A stretch of DNA of 64,000 nt from Snowella sp. (GTDB lineage: Bacteria > Cyanobacteriota > Cyanobacteriia > Cyanobacteriales > Microcystaceae). The stretch spans positions 59,496-123,495 of the forward strand of contig JAYKGY010000070.1 of NCBI GenBank assembly GCA_035285545.1, read 5' to 3'. Below are positions 9,507 to 20,985 of the stretch, one piece after another. The position numbers were made by a program, and so were the translations under genes. Within the stretch, counting starts at the first letter, position 1, and the number at the start of each line of letters is the position of its first letter. Below the pieces are notes generated by a model. That model searched no databases. It was given only the letters and a program-made list of their open reading frames with translations, and was not told the DNA's origin.

Positions 9507-10685
9507 TTGATGTTATCTGAAACTCCGTTTGCTTGGATACCGGATCTCAAAGATGCAATTGAACGTTATCCGCTAACCGTCTCGCCGACCACTTCATTGA
9601 AGGATGCGATCGCCTTAATTAATCAAGCCCATAGCCATACCTGTTTGCTCAACGATGATCTGTTGGGGATTGAGCAGCCAACAAAAGAAATTCGGACAAG
9701 TTGTGTCCTGGTTATGCAGGAACAGCAATTAATAGGCATTCTAACCGAACGGGATGTGGTGAGATTAACCGCTAAAGCTGTCAATTTTGCAGAAGCAACG
9801 GTTGCCGATGTGATGGTATCCCCAGTGATTACCTTGCCCCAACAATCCATCCAAGATATTTTTGCGGCTCTTTTTCTCTTTCGTCGTTATCGCATTCGTC
9901 ATTTGCCGATCGTGGATGAACAAGGGCAATTAGTCGGGATGATTTCCCATGAAAGTATTCGCCATATTTTGCGTCCTGCAAATTTGTTGCGATTTCGTCG
10001 GGTTGCGGATGTGATGACAGTTCAGGTTATTCAAGCTCCCTTAACAGCCAGCCTTTTACACTTGGCTCAATTAATGGCCAAAAATCGGGTGAGTTGTGTG
10101 GTGATTACCCAACGGGATCGACAGGGAAATGAACAACCTGTGGGCATTGTGACCGAACGAGATATTGTCCAGTTTCAAGCGTTTCAAATTGATCTGGCCC
10201 GAACCCAAGCTCAAACGGTGATGAGTACGCCTCTTTTTCTTCTCAGCCCCGATGATTCGCTCTGGACGGCCCATCAAGAAATGCAGAAAAGACGGGTCGG
10301 GCGGTTGGTGGTGTCTTGGAACTGGGGTCAAGGATTAGGGATTGTGACCCAGACGAGCCTATTACGGATTTTTGATCCGATGGAAATGTACGGGGTGATT
10401 GAAAATCTACAGCGCACAATTCAACAGTTAGAAACGGAGCGATCGCTGGCTCAGCCCTCTACACAGAAAAGTTTATCTGCTCAGTCGAGTTCTCCCGATC
10501 TTTTTGAGCCACAGACGGAGATTCCCCCTAAACCATCATTAATTTCGGTAATTCAGCAAGCTCAGGATAATCTTCAATGGTTGTTAAAGTTATTCCAGGA
10601 AGAACCGCGATCGCAACTTGAAGGAGTACAGGAAACCTTAGAAACGTTGAATCAACAAATCGACGAAGTAAAAAGCCTGAATTAA
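9507..10685 (+). CDS. CBS-domain protein (two Bateman pairs plus a helical tail)
   Basis: GILTERDVV, IRHLPIVD, GIVTERDIV, GIVTQTSLL repeats; no output domain. Confidence 0.85.
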   Translation: MMLSETPFAWIPDLKDAIERYPLTVSPTTSLKDAIALINQAHSHTCLLNDDLLGIEQPTKEIRTSCVLVMQEQQLIGILTERDVVRLTAKAVNFAEATVADVMVSPVITLPQQSIQDIFAALFLFRRYRIRHLPIVDEQGQLVGMISHESIRHILRPANLLRFRRVADVMTVQVIQAPLTASLLHLAQLMAKNRVSCVVITQRDRQGNEQPVGIVTERDIVQFQAFQIDLARTQAQTVMSTPLFLLSPDDSLWTAHQEMQKRRVGRLVVSWNWGQGLGIVTQTSLLRIFDPMEMYGVIENLQRTIQQLETERSLAQPSTQKSLSAQSSSPDLFEPQTEIPPKPSLISVIQQAQDNLQWLLKLFQEEPRSQLEGVQETLETLNQQIDEVKSLN

Positions 10686-10724
10686 CAAAGGTGCTACTGT
10701 TTTTTAATTTAGCAACACCTTGTT
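10684..10724. terminator. Probable bidirectional terminator hairpin between the CBS gene and gltD
   Basis: Imperfect stem AACAAAGGTG-CTA...TAG-CAACACCTTGTT. Confidence 0.45.
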
Positions 10725-10750
10725 TAATCCCTTTTAACAGCCTTCAAGCA

Positions 10751-12238
10751 TTAATCAGGCAGATCGGTAGATCCCATTAAATAGAGATCGCAAGCACGGG
10801 CGGCTCCTCGGCCTTCATTGAAAGCCCAAACCACTAAACTTTGTCCTCGGCGACAATCTCCTGCTGCAAAAACGCCTGGAATACTGGTGACGTACTTGCC
10901 ATGATCCGCTTTTACGTTCCCGCGATTATCCTGTTCCAAATTCAAGGCTTTAATTAAGGGTTCTTCAGGGCCAAGAAAACCCATTGCTAATAAGACTAAC
11001 TGGGCAGGCAAGATTTTCTCGGTGCCAGGAATGTGTTTAGGAATAAATTGACCTTTCTCGTTCTTTTCCCATTGCACTTCTACCGTATGAACCGCTTTAA
11101 CATTGCCGTTTTCATCTCCCTCAAAATGGGTAGCCGTTCTTAAATAGGCTCTGGGATCGTCTCCAAAAAGAGCTTCGGCTTCTTCTTGCCCGTAGTCAAG
11201 TTTGTAAACCTTGGGCCATTCGGGCCAGGGATTATTGGCAGCCCGCTCATCAGGGGGTTTGGGCATGATTTCCAGTTGAACGACGCTGTTACAACCATGA
11301 CGAATGGAAGTTCCCACACAATCCGTTCCCGTATCACCACCACCGATGATGACCACATCTTTTCCTTCGGCTGAGATAAAATCACTGCCAGGCGTTTTAT
11401 CCAAAATAGCTTTGGTATTCGCCGTTAGAAAATCCATCGCAAAGTGAATGCCTTTGAGTTCCCGATTAGGAATAGATAAATCGCGGGGTTTAGTCGCGCC
11501 GGTACAGAGAACGACGGCATCGTAGTCTTTTAATAAGATTTCAACGGGGAGGTCTTTACCAACTTCCGTATTGCAAACAAAGGTAACCCCCTCTGCTTCT
11601 AACACATTAAGCCGACGTAAAACGACTTCTTCCTTATCTAATTTCATGTTGGGAATGCCATACATCAGCAAACCGCCTGGGCGATCGGCGCGTTCATAAA
11701 CCGTTACCCAATGGCCTGCTTTATTGAGTTGGGCTGCTGCCGCTAATCCGGCGGGGCCTGAGCCAATAACGGCAACTTTTTTTCCAGTTCGTTGGGCAGG
11801 AGGTTCGGGCGTAATCCAGCCTTCTTCCCACCCTTTATCAATAATGGAGCATTCAATATTTTTGATAGTGACAGGTGGGTTATTGATGCCTAAAACGCAG
11901 GAACCTTCGCAGGGAGCAGGGCAAACTCGACCCGTAAATTCAGGGAAATTATTGGTTTTATGCAATCTGTCCAGAGCTTCTCGCCACAGCCCCCGATAGA
12001 CTAAATCATTAAATTCAGGAATGAGGTTATTAATGGGGCAACCGCTAGCCATGCCGCTAATTAAACCACCTGTATGGCAAAAAGGCGTTCCGCAGTCCAT
12101 ACACCGTGCGCCTTGGTTGCGGAGTTTGTCTTCGTCCATCGGTAGGTGAAATTCATCCCAGTTACGAATGCGATCGCGGGGAGAAATTTCAGAGGGTAAT
12201 TCGCGGACAAATTCTAAAAAGCCAGTGGGTTTTCCCAT
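10751..12238 (-). CDS. gltD: NADH-glutamate synthase small subunit
   Basis: [61 protein letters not shown]. Confidence 0.95.
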   Translation of the reverse strand: MGKPTGFLEFVRELPSEISPRDRIRNWDEFHLPMDEDKLRNQGARCMDCGTPFCHTGGLISGMASGCPINNLIPEFNDLVYRGLWREALDRLHKTNNFPEFTGRVCPAPCEGSCVLGINNPPVTIKNIECSIIDKGWEEGWITPEPPAQRTGKKVAVIGSGPAGLAAAAQLNKAGHWVTVYERADRPGGLLMYGIPNMKLDKEEVVLRRLNVLEAEGVTFVCNTEVGKDLPVEILLKDYDAVVLCTGATKPRDLSIPNRELKGIHFAMDFLTANTKAILDKTPGSDFISAEGKDVVIIGGGDTGTDCVGTSIRHGCNSVVQLEIMPKPPDERAANNPWPEWPKVYKLDYGQEEAEALFGDDPRAYLRTATHFEGDENGNVKAVHTVEVQWEKNEKGQFIPKHIPGTEKILPAQLVLLAMGFLGPEEPLIKALNLEQDNRGNVKADHGKYVTSIPGVFAAGDCRRGQSLVVWAFNEGRGAARACDLYLMGSTDLPD

Positions 12239-12737
12239 AGTTCTCTATCTCAATTACATACTTTTTTCGACCAACTAAAAGCCTAATCTCAACCTAACTC
12301 AGGACTCGGCTCAAAATCGCTATCCATTACGCTAGTGGATTTTTGAAAGAATTGTCAAACTTTTGACCCCCGAAATATTTGGGTTTATTGATTTTAGTAA
12401 CAATTTGTATTAATTCCTTTTGCTCGATAACCGGAAATGACGCGATCGCTGATTTAGAAAAGCAACTTTTACCCTCTGTACCAAACTACGTCACCGAAAT
12501 GACAAAATGAGATGGGGGGTTTACCGCTATGGTAAGTTTAACAATAAGGAGGATTGAAGATGGGCTATCGTTTCCTGGCTCATGCTAACCTCCCGATGCG
12601 CGATCGCGGTACGATCAACTTAGACAGTCAGATGAACGATTTATAACGAAATACGAGTAGAAAAGCGATGACAACACTTGAACCTACGCACCTCTACTGA
12701 AAATTCATTAAAACAAACTATTTAAGGAGAACTCAAT

Positions 12738-14039
12738 TTGGTGAGCATAGCCTCTTTTAAAACCACTAAATCTGAAGAAATTTTTGCTGCTGCCCAAGAA
12801 TTAATGCCAGGCGGTGTTAGCTCTCCTGTACGGGCATTCAAATCCGTCGGCGGTCAACCGATTGTCTTTGATCGGGTAAAAGGGGCCTATATCTGGGATG
12901 TCGATGGCAATGAATATATTGATTATGTAGGCACCTGGGGCCCTGCGATTTGCGGTCATACCCACCCTGAAGTAATTAACGCCCTCCAGGAAGCCTTAGC
13001 GAAAGGAACCAGCTTTGGCGCGCCCTGCCAACAGGAAAATGTTTTGGCCGAAATGGTCATTGATGCTGTCCCTAGCATTGAAATGGTTCGCTTTGTGAAC
13101 TCTGGAACCGAAGCCTGTATGTCGGTATTACGGTTAATGCGAGCCTTTACAGGACGGGAAAAAATCATCAAATTTGAAGGATGCTACCACGGCCATGCGG
13201 ATATGTTCCTGGTCAAAGCGGGGTCTGGGGTCGCCACCTTAGGTTTACCCGATTCCCCTGGTGTTCCCAAATCTACCACAGGCGCAACCCTCACTGCTCC
13301 CTACAATGATTTAGAAGCGGTCAAAGCCCTATTTGCTGAAAATCCCGATAGCATTGCGGGAGTAATTTTAGAACCTGTCGTCGGTAATGCAGGTTTTATT
13401 GTTCCTGATGCGGGCTTTCTCGAAGGATTACGGGAATTAACCAAGGAATACGGAGCATTATTAGTTTTTGATGAAGTCATGACAGGCTTTCGTATTGCCT
13501 ACGGCGGCGCACAGGAAAAATTTGGCATCACACCCGATTTAACGACGTTAGGGAAAGTCATCGGTGGCGGTTTACCCGTTGGTGCTTACGGTGGGCGTAA
13601 AGATATCATGTCTCTGGTTGCCCCTGCTGGCCCGATGTATCAAGCGGGAACCCTATCGGGAAATCCTTTGGCGATGACGGCAGGCATTAAAACTTTAGAA
13701 TTGCTCCAAAAACCAGGAACTTATGAGTATTTGGATAAAATCACCCAAAAATTAGCTAAGGGTTTATTGCAAGCGGCTAAAGATGCGGGTCACTCCGTTT
13801 GTGGTGGTTCTATCAGTGCTATGTTTGGGATGTTCTTCTGCGCTGGCCCTGTCCGTAATTACGAAGATGCAAAAAAAGCCGATACCGCAAAATTCGGTCG
13901 TTTCCATCGCGGCATGTTAGAGCGGGGCATTTATCTTGCGCCTTCCCAGTTTGAAGCCGGATTTACCTCCTTGGCCCATACAGATGAGGACATTGAGCGC
14001 ACCTTAACAGTAGCTAAAGAGGTTTTAAGCAGTCTGTAG
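12738..14039 (+). CDS. hemL: Glutamate-1-semialdehyde 2,1-aminomutase
   Basis: [53 protein letters not shown]. Confidence 0.97.
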   Translation: MVSIASFKTTKSEEIFAAAQELMPGGVSSPVRAFKSVGGQPIVFDRVKGAYIWDVDGNEYIDYVGTWGPAICGHTHPEVINALQEALAKGTSFGAPCQQENVLAEMVIDAVPSIEMVRFVNSGTEACMSVLRLMRAFTGREKIIKFEGCYHGHADMFLVKAGSGVATLGLPDSPGVPKSTTGATLTAPYNDLEAVKALFAENPDSIAGVILEPVVGNAGFIVPDAGFLEGLRELTKEYGALLVFDEVMTGFRIAYGGAQEKFGITPDLTTLGKVIGGGLPVGAYGGRKDIMSLVAPAGPMYQAGTLSGNPLAMTAGIKTLELLQKPGTYEYLDKITQKLAKGLLQAAKDAGHSVCGGSISAMFGMFFCAGPVRNYEDAKKADTAKFGRFHRGMLERGIYLAPSQFEAGFTSLAHTDEDIERTLTVAKEVLSSL

Positions 14040-14108
14040 CCATTAACCGCTAAAATAAAAACGTAACTATTGTGTGAGTTCTGTGTCAGAATAAAGCACT
14101 GTAGTTAA

Positions 14109-14182
14109 CGGGATGTAGCGCAGCTTGGTAGCGCGCTTGCTTTGGGAGCAAGATGTCGCAGGTTCAAATCCTGTCATCCCGA
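14109..14182 (+). tRNA. trnP: tRNA-Pro (TGG)
   Basis: CGGGATG/CATCCCG acceptor stem, anticodon arm CTTGC-TTTGGGA-GCAAG, T-loop GGTTCAAATCC; CCA not encoded. Confidence 0.97.
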
Positions 14183-14294
14183 TTTTCTAAATTTACTCAA
14201 TTACGCAATCAGCGCGATCAAAGATTTTTAAATTAATTAATCATTGAGTAAGAGGTGTTGAAAGATAGCTTAAAAAATTAAAATTAATGAGAAT

Positions 14295-14738
14295 TTAGGC
14301 TAAAAACTCAGGATCTAAAACCTGCTCAATCGTGTAAGGGAAATAGTTAGGAAAGCTTTCTATCGGCTGTTTAGTTTCTTTTGCTGCATCTCGACGCGAT
14401 CGCTTGTAATATTTTTCAATCCAGTCTTGATCTTCAAGAAATCGTCGTAAACTCGGTGTATCTTCTAAACAATCTTGAATTTTGTCTCGACAGTTAGCAA
14501 TCGTAATTTCCCAACTAGCGGTTCTACGCTCAGGTTGATAGTCCCATTTCAATAAGTGCATCACTAGGCGTTGGAAATAACTGCTAAATTCCCGTTGCTC
14601 ACTGCGTCCCAAGGCCTCTAACTCCTCGATTAAATGATTGACATCTAATTGTTCCCAATGTCCTTTTCGGAGGTATTCAGCCTGTTTTTGTGTCCATATT
14701 AAGAAATCTTGATCGTACTCTGTGACTGTTTTTTCCAT
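14295..14738 (-). CDS. DUF29 family protein
   Basis: YDQDF..W...QA..LR, LIEELEALGRSE, HLLKW.YQPERR..SW, TPSL. Confidence 0.9.
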   Translation of the reverse strand: MEKTVTEYDQDFLIWTQKQAEYLRKGHWEQLDVNHLIEELEALGRSEQREFSSYFQRLVMHLLKWDYQPERRTASWEITIANCRDKIQDCLEDTPSLRRFLEDQDWIEKYYKRSRRDAAKETKQPIESFPNYFPYTIEQVLDPEFLA

Positions 14739-14816
14739 AAATCATCGGTTGTTTATTAGCGTTCTTCTGGAAAGCTTAAACAGAAATAGGGACGGGAAAA
14801 CCGTACTTGCCTAACC

Positions 14817-14843
14817 TTAGCACTCACACCCTAAGAGTGCTAA
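14817..14843 (+). promoter_or_regulatory. CIRCE element (HrcA operator)
   Basis: Perfect TTAGCACTC-N9-GAGTGCTAA about 40 bp upstream of the groEL ATG. Confidence 0.95.
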
Positions 14844-16568
<1,725 letters not shown>

Positions 16569-16657
16569 TCCTACCCGCTAAATATCAGCCATTTATTCCA
16601 GGGCAAACTATCTTAACGACTTAGCAATCATAGATTGACTATCCATAAATTACGGAT

Positions 16658-16692
16658 AAGGCAAGGAAAAAATATTTCTTTGCCTTTTTTTA
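16658..16692 (+). terminator. Intrinsic terminator after groEL2
   Basis: AAGGCAAGGAAA/TTTCTTTGCCTT stem followed by a T tract. Confidence 0.75.
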
Positions 16693-16705
16693 TTACCCCA
16701 TAAAG

Positions 16706-16892
16706 CGTGATTCAAATCACAAAACGAATGAGACTCAAATCACGTTTCTTTTGTCTACTACCGAATAAACTTTAAATTGACTGTGCTAAAGATCAAATAG
16801 TAAGCCAATAAAACGCATAAACAATAGGTGATCCAAATCACAAAAAAATCGGATTTAAATCACAGTTTATCTACTCTATAACGCAATAAACT
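16706..16892 (+). promoter_or_regulatory. Tandem duplicated promoter with four CRP-like (TGTGA-N6-TCACA) sites and two TAAACT -10 boxes
   Basis: Sites at 16706-16721, 16729-16744, 16827-16842 and 16849-16864; -10 boxes at 16766-16771 and 16887-16892; period about 121 bp. Confidence 0.7.
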
Positions 16893-16974
16893 AGATTTAT
16901 CGATCACAGCTAAGTATAAAGAAAAATCTAAATCGTTAATTTTATTATTTTGAGAACCTATAGAGGACTGCATT

Positions 16975-18612
16975 ATGAACACTCGCTTTAAACTAACTCT
17001 TATTCAATCTCTAAATCCCCGAAAAGTTAATCGTCATAAAGGCTTTGTTTTGCCAATGGCAATGATGGTAGGATTAGTCATCATCGTAGCAGGGACAGCA
17101 ATGGTGATTCGCGCCCAAGGAAGCAAAAGTGAGGTTGTTTCCCAAGCCGATAAAACCAAGAGTTTGGCAGCCGCAGAGACGGGGCTAACACGAGTTCAGA
17201 ATATGATGAATAATGTTAAATTCATTGCCCTCTATCCAATGTCATCTTGGACTAGCGCAATGACATTATCAGCGGATAATAGCTCGGTCACTATTAATGA
17301 TACAGATTTAAATAATCTTGTTAATTCTGTCGCTGCCTCTACGGCTTGTTCCAGTAGTGGTACTGACGTAACCAATAAGGCAAATAATATCAAGGCCCAA
17401 CTAGCAACCATTCGATTAGCAGCAAATGGAACCTTGACAGATATTGATCCAAATAATCCTGGTAAAGGGAAGTTTCGCTTAGTTGACTATACATATTCTG
17501 GAACAGCGGGTTCAATGCCAGGGAATACGGCTCAAACAGGTGGCTTTGTTATTGAAGGACAATCAGGTAACTCTGGGAATGCGGGTAAATCTCGAATTGC
17601 AGTCGAAGTTCCCATCAAGGGTTCTTCTCCCGTTGTGATTACGGATACTGCTCCTGGATTATGGATCAAAAAAGGTGGAATTAATACAACTGGTGCTGGT
17701 AGTAACAGTTGGGAAGCATCTGGTACACCACTCGATCCTAACGGTAATGAATTTCAAGCTAATGTTTACTTCAGCAATTGCGATGGTGTGCTAAGTGATT
17801 CTTATGTGGCAGCCGTTCAAAGTGAGCGGATCAACTCTCCCGCAACAACAGCGACTAAAACGAGTTTACCGTTTCCTAGTCTTCCATCTGCACCACCAAG
17901 TTCTGCAACAAACGTCACGGCTGCAACAACGCTTACTGGCTCTGGACTTACTGATATTGATGATGTTTATCACTATACCCTCACCAAAAGTAATTCATCA
18001 ATATTTGTAACCGTTTCACCACCATCTGGTAAACAAATCTATGTTTACAATGATCTTGGTAATATCACCTCCGATACAACCTTACCTCGTACAGGTGATG
18101 TCCAAAGCTCTGATGGAAAATATCGTTATAAAGTTGGCAACATTAGCGGGAATACAGATGTAACTATCAATAGCTCTAGTGATCCTGATACCCAAAGTGG
18201 AGCGAATCAAGGCGTTAGTCTTTATGTAACAGGAGATATTACCCTCAATGGGAATGCTGGAATGGTACATAGCTGCTCTTCTCTTTCTACCGATGCTGAT
18301 AAAATTGCTTGTGCCAATCGTTTCCAAATTTATGGCTATAAAAGTAATGGAGAAATCTGCTTAAAAGGAAATAGTGATACTTATGGCTATATTCTTGCTC
18401 CTGATACTAATTTAGGTAAAACAGGCAATGGATTATTTACAGGAAGTATTATTGCCCGTTCTTGGGGAAAAGATAACAATTGTGGCTCAAATAACGCCAT
18501 TGCCGTAAGACAAGTTGGTACGTGGGCTGATCTTCCTCCTGAATTTCAACCAGCTACTTTCTCCCCTCAAGTCGGAAATCCGAAGACCTACAAGCAGCAA
18601 GCTGTCCAATAA
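16975..18612 (+). CDS. PilX-like large minor type IV pilin
   Basis: KG/FVLPMAMMVGLVIIVAG prepilin-type N-terminus lacking Glu5, AAAETGLTR PilX helix, S/T/G/N-rich body with Cys residues. Confidence 0.75.
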   Translation: MNTRFKLTLIQSLNPRKVNRHKGFVLPMAMMVGLVIIVAGTAMVIRAQGSKSEVVSQADKTKSLAAAETGLTRVQNMMNNVKFIALYPMSSWTSAMTLSADNSSVTINDTDLNNLVNSVAASTACSSSGTDVTNKANNIKAQLATIRLAANGTLTDIDPNNPGKGKFRLVDYTYSGTAGSMPGNTAQTGGFVIEGQSGNSGNAGKSRIAVEVPIKGSSPVVITDTAPGLWIKKGGINTTGAGSNSWEASGTPLDPNGNEFQANVYFSNCDGVLSDSYVAAVQSERINSPATTATKTSLPFPSLPSAPPSSATNVTAATTLTGSGLTDIDDVYHYTLTKSNSSIFVTVSPPSGKQIYVYNDLGNITSDTTLPRTGDVQSSDGKYRYKVGNISGNTDVTINSSSDPDTQSGANQGVSLYVTGDITLNGNAGMVHSCSSLSTDADKIACANRFQIYGYKSNGEICLKGNSDTYGYILAPDTNLGKTGNGLFTGSIIARSWGKDNNCGSNNAIAVRQVGTWADLPPEFQPATFSPQVGNPKTYKQQAVQ

Positions 18613-18849
18613 CACTCAGTACTTTTGCTGCCGTAATTTAATGAATAAAAAATTAGATCATTGAATCAGACAGAAAAGTTGAATTTACATATTGCGATCG
18701 CTGTGGAATAGACTTCCTTGAGTAAGCTGTTGCTAGCGGCATCTAATTCGTTTTTTGTTGCTAGCAAAATACGGTCAATCTGCGGTGGTCTTATGAAACG
18801 TGATTGTTTTTTTTGGAAAAATTTATTTGAGAATGAGCGATCGCGTCCC

Positions 18850-19332
18850 TCAATCCTTAACTAACAAAACAACGCTATAGGAAGAAATTCCCTCTTCTTT
18901 CCCTTCTGGGCCGAGCTTTTCATTAGTGGTAGCCTTAATGCCAATTAAATCCGGTTCAATTCCCAAGGTTTTGGCTAAGGTTGCTTTCATCGTGGCAATG
19001 TGAGGCTTTAATTTAGGTTGTTCTGCCACAATCACCGAATCAATATTGCCAATCCGCCAGCCTCGATCTTGAATTAAACGGTAAACCTGTTCGAGTAGGT
19101 TTAAACTATTGGCTCCTGCCCATTGCGGATCGGTTGGCGGAAAATACAGCCCAATATCCCCTAAACTCAAGGCTCCTAGCATCGCATCCATAATGGCATG
19201 GGTCAAAACATCGGCATCACTATGCCCCAATAAACCCAAACGGTGAGGAATTTTCACGCCGCCTAAGATGAGATCCCGTCCTTCGACTAAACAGTGGATA
19301 TCGTAACCATTACCAATACGAATATTAAACAT
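18850..19332 (-). CDS. ispF: 2-C-methyl-D-erythritol 2,4-cyclodiphosphate synthase
   Basis: [35 protein letters not shown]. Confidence 0.96.
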   Translation of the reverse strand: MFNIRIGNGYDIHCLVEGRDLILGGVKIPHRLGLLGHSDADVLTHAIMDAMLGALSLGDIGLYFPPTDPQWAGANSLNLLEQVYRLIQDRGWRIGNIDSVIVAEQPKLKPHIATMKATLAKTLGIEPDLIGIKATTNEKLGPEGKEEGISSYSVVLLVKD

Positions 19333-19341
19333 GATGAAATT

Positions 19342-19376
19342 TAGTTAATAGTTAATAGTTAATAGTTAATAGTTAT
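19342..19376. repeat. Heptamer tandem repeat (TAGTTAA)x5, STRR-like
   Basis: Four perfect units and one imperfect unit just upstream of ispF. Confidence 0.85.
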
Positions 19377-19493
19377 TGTTAGAGGAATAGGGGGGATCAG
19401 AAGTCAATTTAGGTGGAAGTTGATTTAAGTAAATTGGTTAGCACGTAAAGAGTCCAGTTACTTGCAAACCAAATAATGGCCCTTGTAACTTAT

Positions 19494-19880
19494 TTAGAAG
19501 TTAGATTGAATTACTGCTTCGCGAATAGGGGGTTCTCCATCTGTGCCGATGATAAAGTGTCTAGAATCAATAATGAAATTGTTTTTACCATCAGATCCTC
19601 TAAATCTTTGTCCTTCCTTTTCCACAGGCACTTTACGATAGCCAGTCCCATCCAAGTAGGTCATGATTAACTGAAAAGTTGCTTCGCCTAAACAGATTGT
19701 TACTAAATAACTTTTGGTTCTAAATAAAGCATAGGCAGGTTGAAGACCACAAACACTATGGGCGATCGCGGGCTGATGGATGGGAGGAATTAAGGCTATT
19801 GCACCGACTAGCCCTAAACCGACTAGGCAAGACTTAATCACCACAGATTTAGAAAAAGCCGTCATACGATTTAAATTCAT
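19494..19880 (-). CDS. Hypothetical exported protein
   Basis: Signal-peptide-like N-terminus (PAIA/H), two Cys, FRTKSYLVTIC pattern seen in small cyanobacterial exported proteins. Confidence 0.6.
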   Translation of the reverse strand: MNLNRMTAFSKSVVIKSCLVGLGLVGAIALIPPIHQPAIAHSVCGLQPAYALFRTKSYLVTICLGEATFQLIMTYLDGTGYRKVPVEKEGQRFRGSDGKNNFIIDSRHFIIGTDGEPPIREAVIQSNF

Positions 19881-20014
19881 GATTCTGTTCCTATTGTAGC
19901 CAAAGGGATAACTCGCTTATTTTACCCATTGATATTCTCTAACAAAAACTCACCGTATCCCGTGATGAGATGGGTGAGCTTCTATGGGAATGAGTAAATT
20001 AGGGTGGCTGAATG

Positions 20015-20737
20015 TTACTGTTCTGCAACAGCTAATTCGGTTTCTGTGCTGCCTTGGGTACGACGACGAGTAAGGGTATTGAAGAGCATAACGCCGATCG
20101 CTTTGATCAGATTTCCTTCTAACTCATTAAACATTTTCATGTTCATCCCAAAGGCTGCATTGGCTTCATCCACAATCCGTTCCGCCGTTGCTTGGTCGAT
20201 GGGGAGATCGTTCATGGCTTGACGATATTTGTTTTTAAACGCTTTTTCATCGGAAATATCAGCAAATTCATAGAATGCGGTGCCACCATCTTGTAAATTC
20301 ATGGCATTTTGAGCAATCTTTTTGAGAATTTGACCGCCGGATAAGTCGCCTAAGTAACGGGTATAGGAGTGTGCAACCAATAATTCAGGCTCTTTCGCCG
20401 CGATTTCATGAATGCGATCCACGTAAGCTTGACCGGCTTCGGAAATTTTAACTTCCTGCCGCCAGTTGGGCCCGTAATAGAACTGTAAATCTTTTTCTAA
20501 ACTTTGTTTACGGTTAAGTTCGGGATAATAAATTTGGGAAACGATGGGGTGTTCGCGTAACTTTTCCATCTCTTCTTCAATGGCACTGTAGACGAAGTAG
20601 AGATTTCCGACCAACTTGCGATAGGAATTTTTTTCGACAACACCTTTTAAAAAGCATTTCACAAAACCGACGTTTTCCGCCATTGAGTGGGATTTTTTGG
20701 TTCCTTCGCGTAATTGGGTGGCTAAATTGACGCTCAT
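20015..20737 (-). CDS. ho1: Heme oxygenase 1 (biliverdin-producing)
   Basis: LREGTKKSHSMAENVGFVKCFLKG, HSYTRYLGDLSGGQILK. Confidence 0.93.
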   Translation of the reverse strand: MSVNLATQLREGTKKSHSMAENVGFVKCFLKGVVEKNSYRKLVGNLYFVYSAIEEEMEKLREHPIVSQIYYPELNRKQSLEKDLQFYYGPNWRQEVKISEAGQAYVDRIHEIAAKEPELLVAHSYTRYLGDLSGGQILKKIAQNAMNLQDGGTAFYEFADISDEKAFKNKYRQAMNDLPIDQATAERIVDEANAAFGMNMKMFNELEGNLIKAIGVMLFNTLTRRRTQGSTETELAVAEQ

Positions 20738-20985
20738 GCTTATAAAGTCCTGTAAAGTTTGGGTTAACTAAGTTAGTGGCTTGTTAAAAGGCTTAATAAT
20801 TTCGCCTAATTTATTAACTTAAACTGGATTGATGAGAATTTCTGTTAAGTTTTCTTACAAAATGGATGGCAAGATTGTTATCTTTTTGTGGTTGATGGGG
20901 GTGTTGTCTTTCATAGATGAATTCAATAGGAAAAAACCAATAGATAGCAGTCTGTTAAGGAAATTGAGGCGATCGCCAAACGGGA

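Noticed and set aside
12240..12737. Riboswitch or sRNA in the long gltD-hemL spacer
   Set aside because: No recognisable RNA motif; an Infernal/Rfam scan would be needed
14109..14300. tRNA-Pro as an integration site for a genomic island
   Set aside because: No integrase and no duplicated tRNA 3' end seen in the window; only a lone DUF29 gene follows
16706..16892. Repeated AAATCAC units as a mini CRISPR array or iterons
   Set aside because: The units are short and degenerate, there are no cas or rep genes, and the spacing to -10 boxes fits CRP-type promoters better
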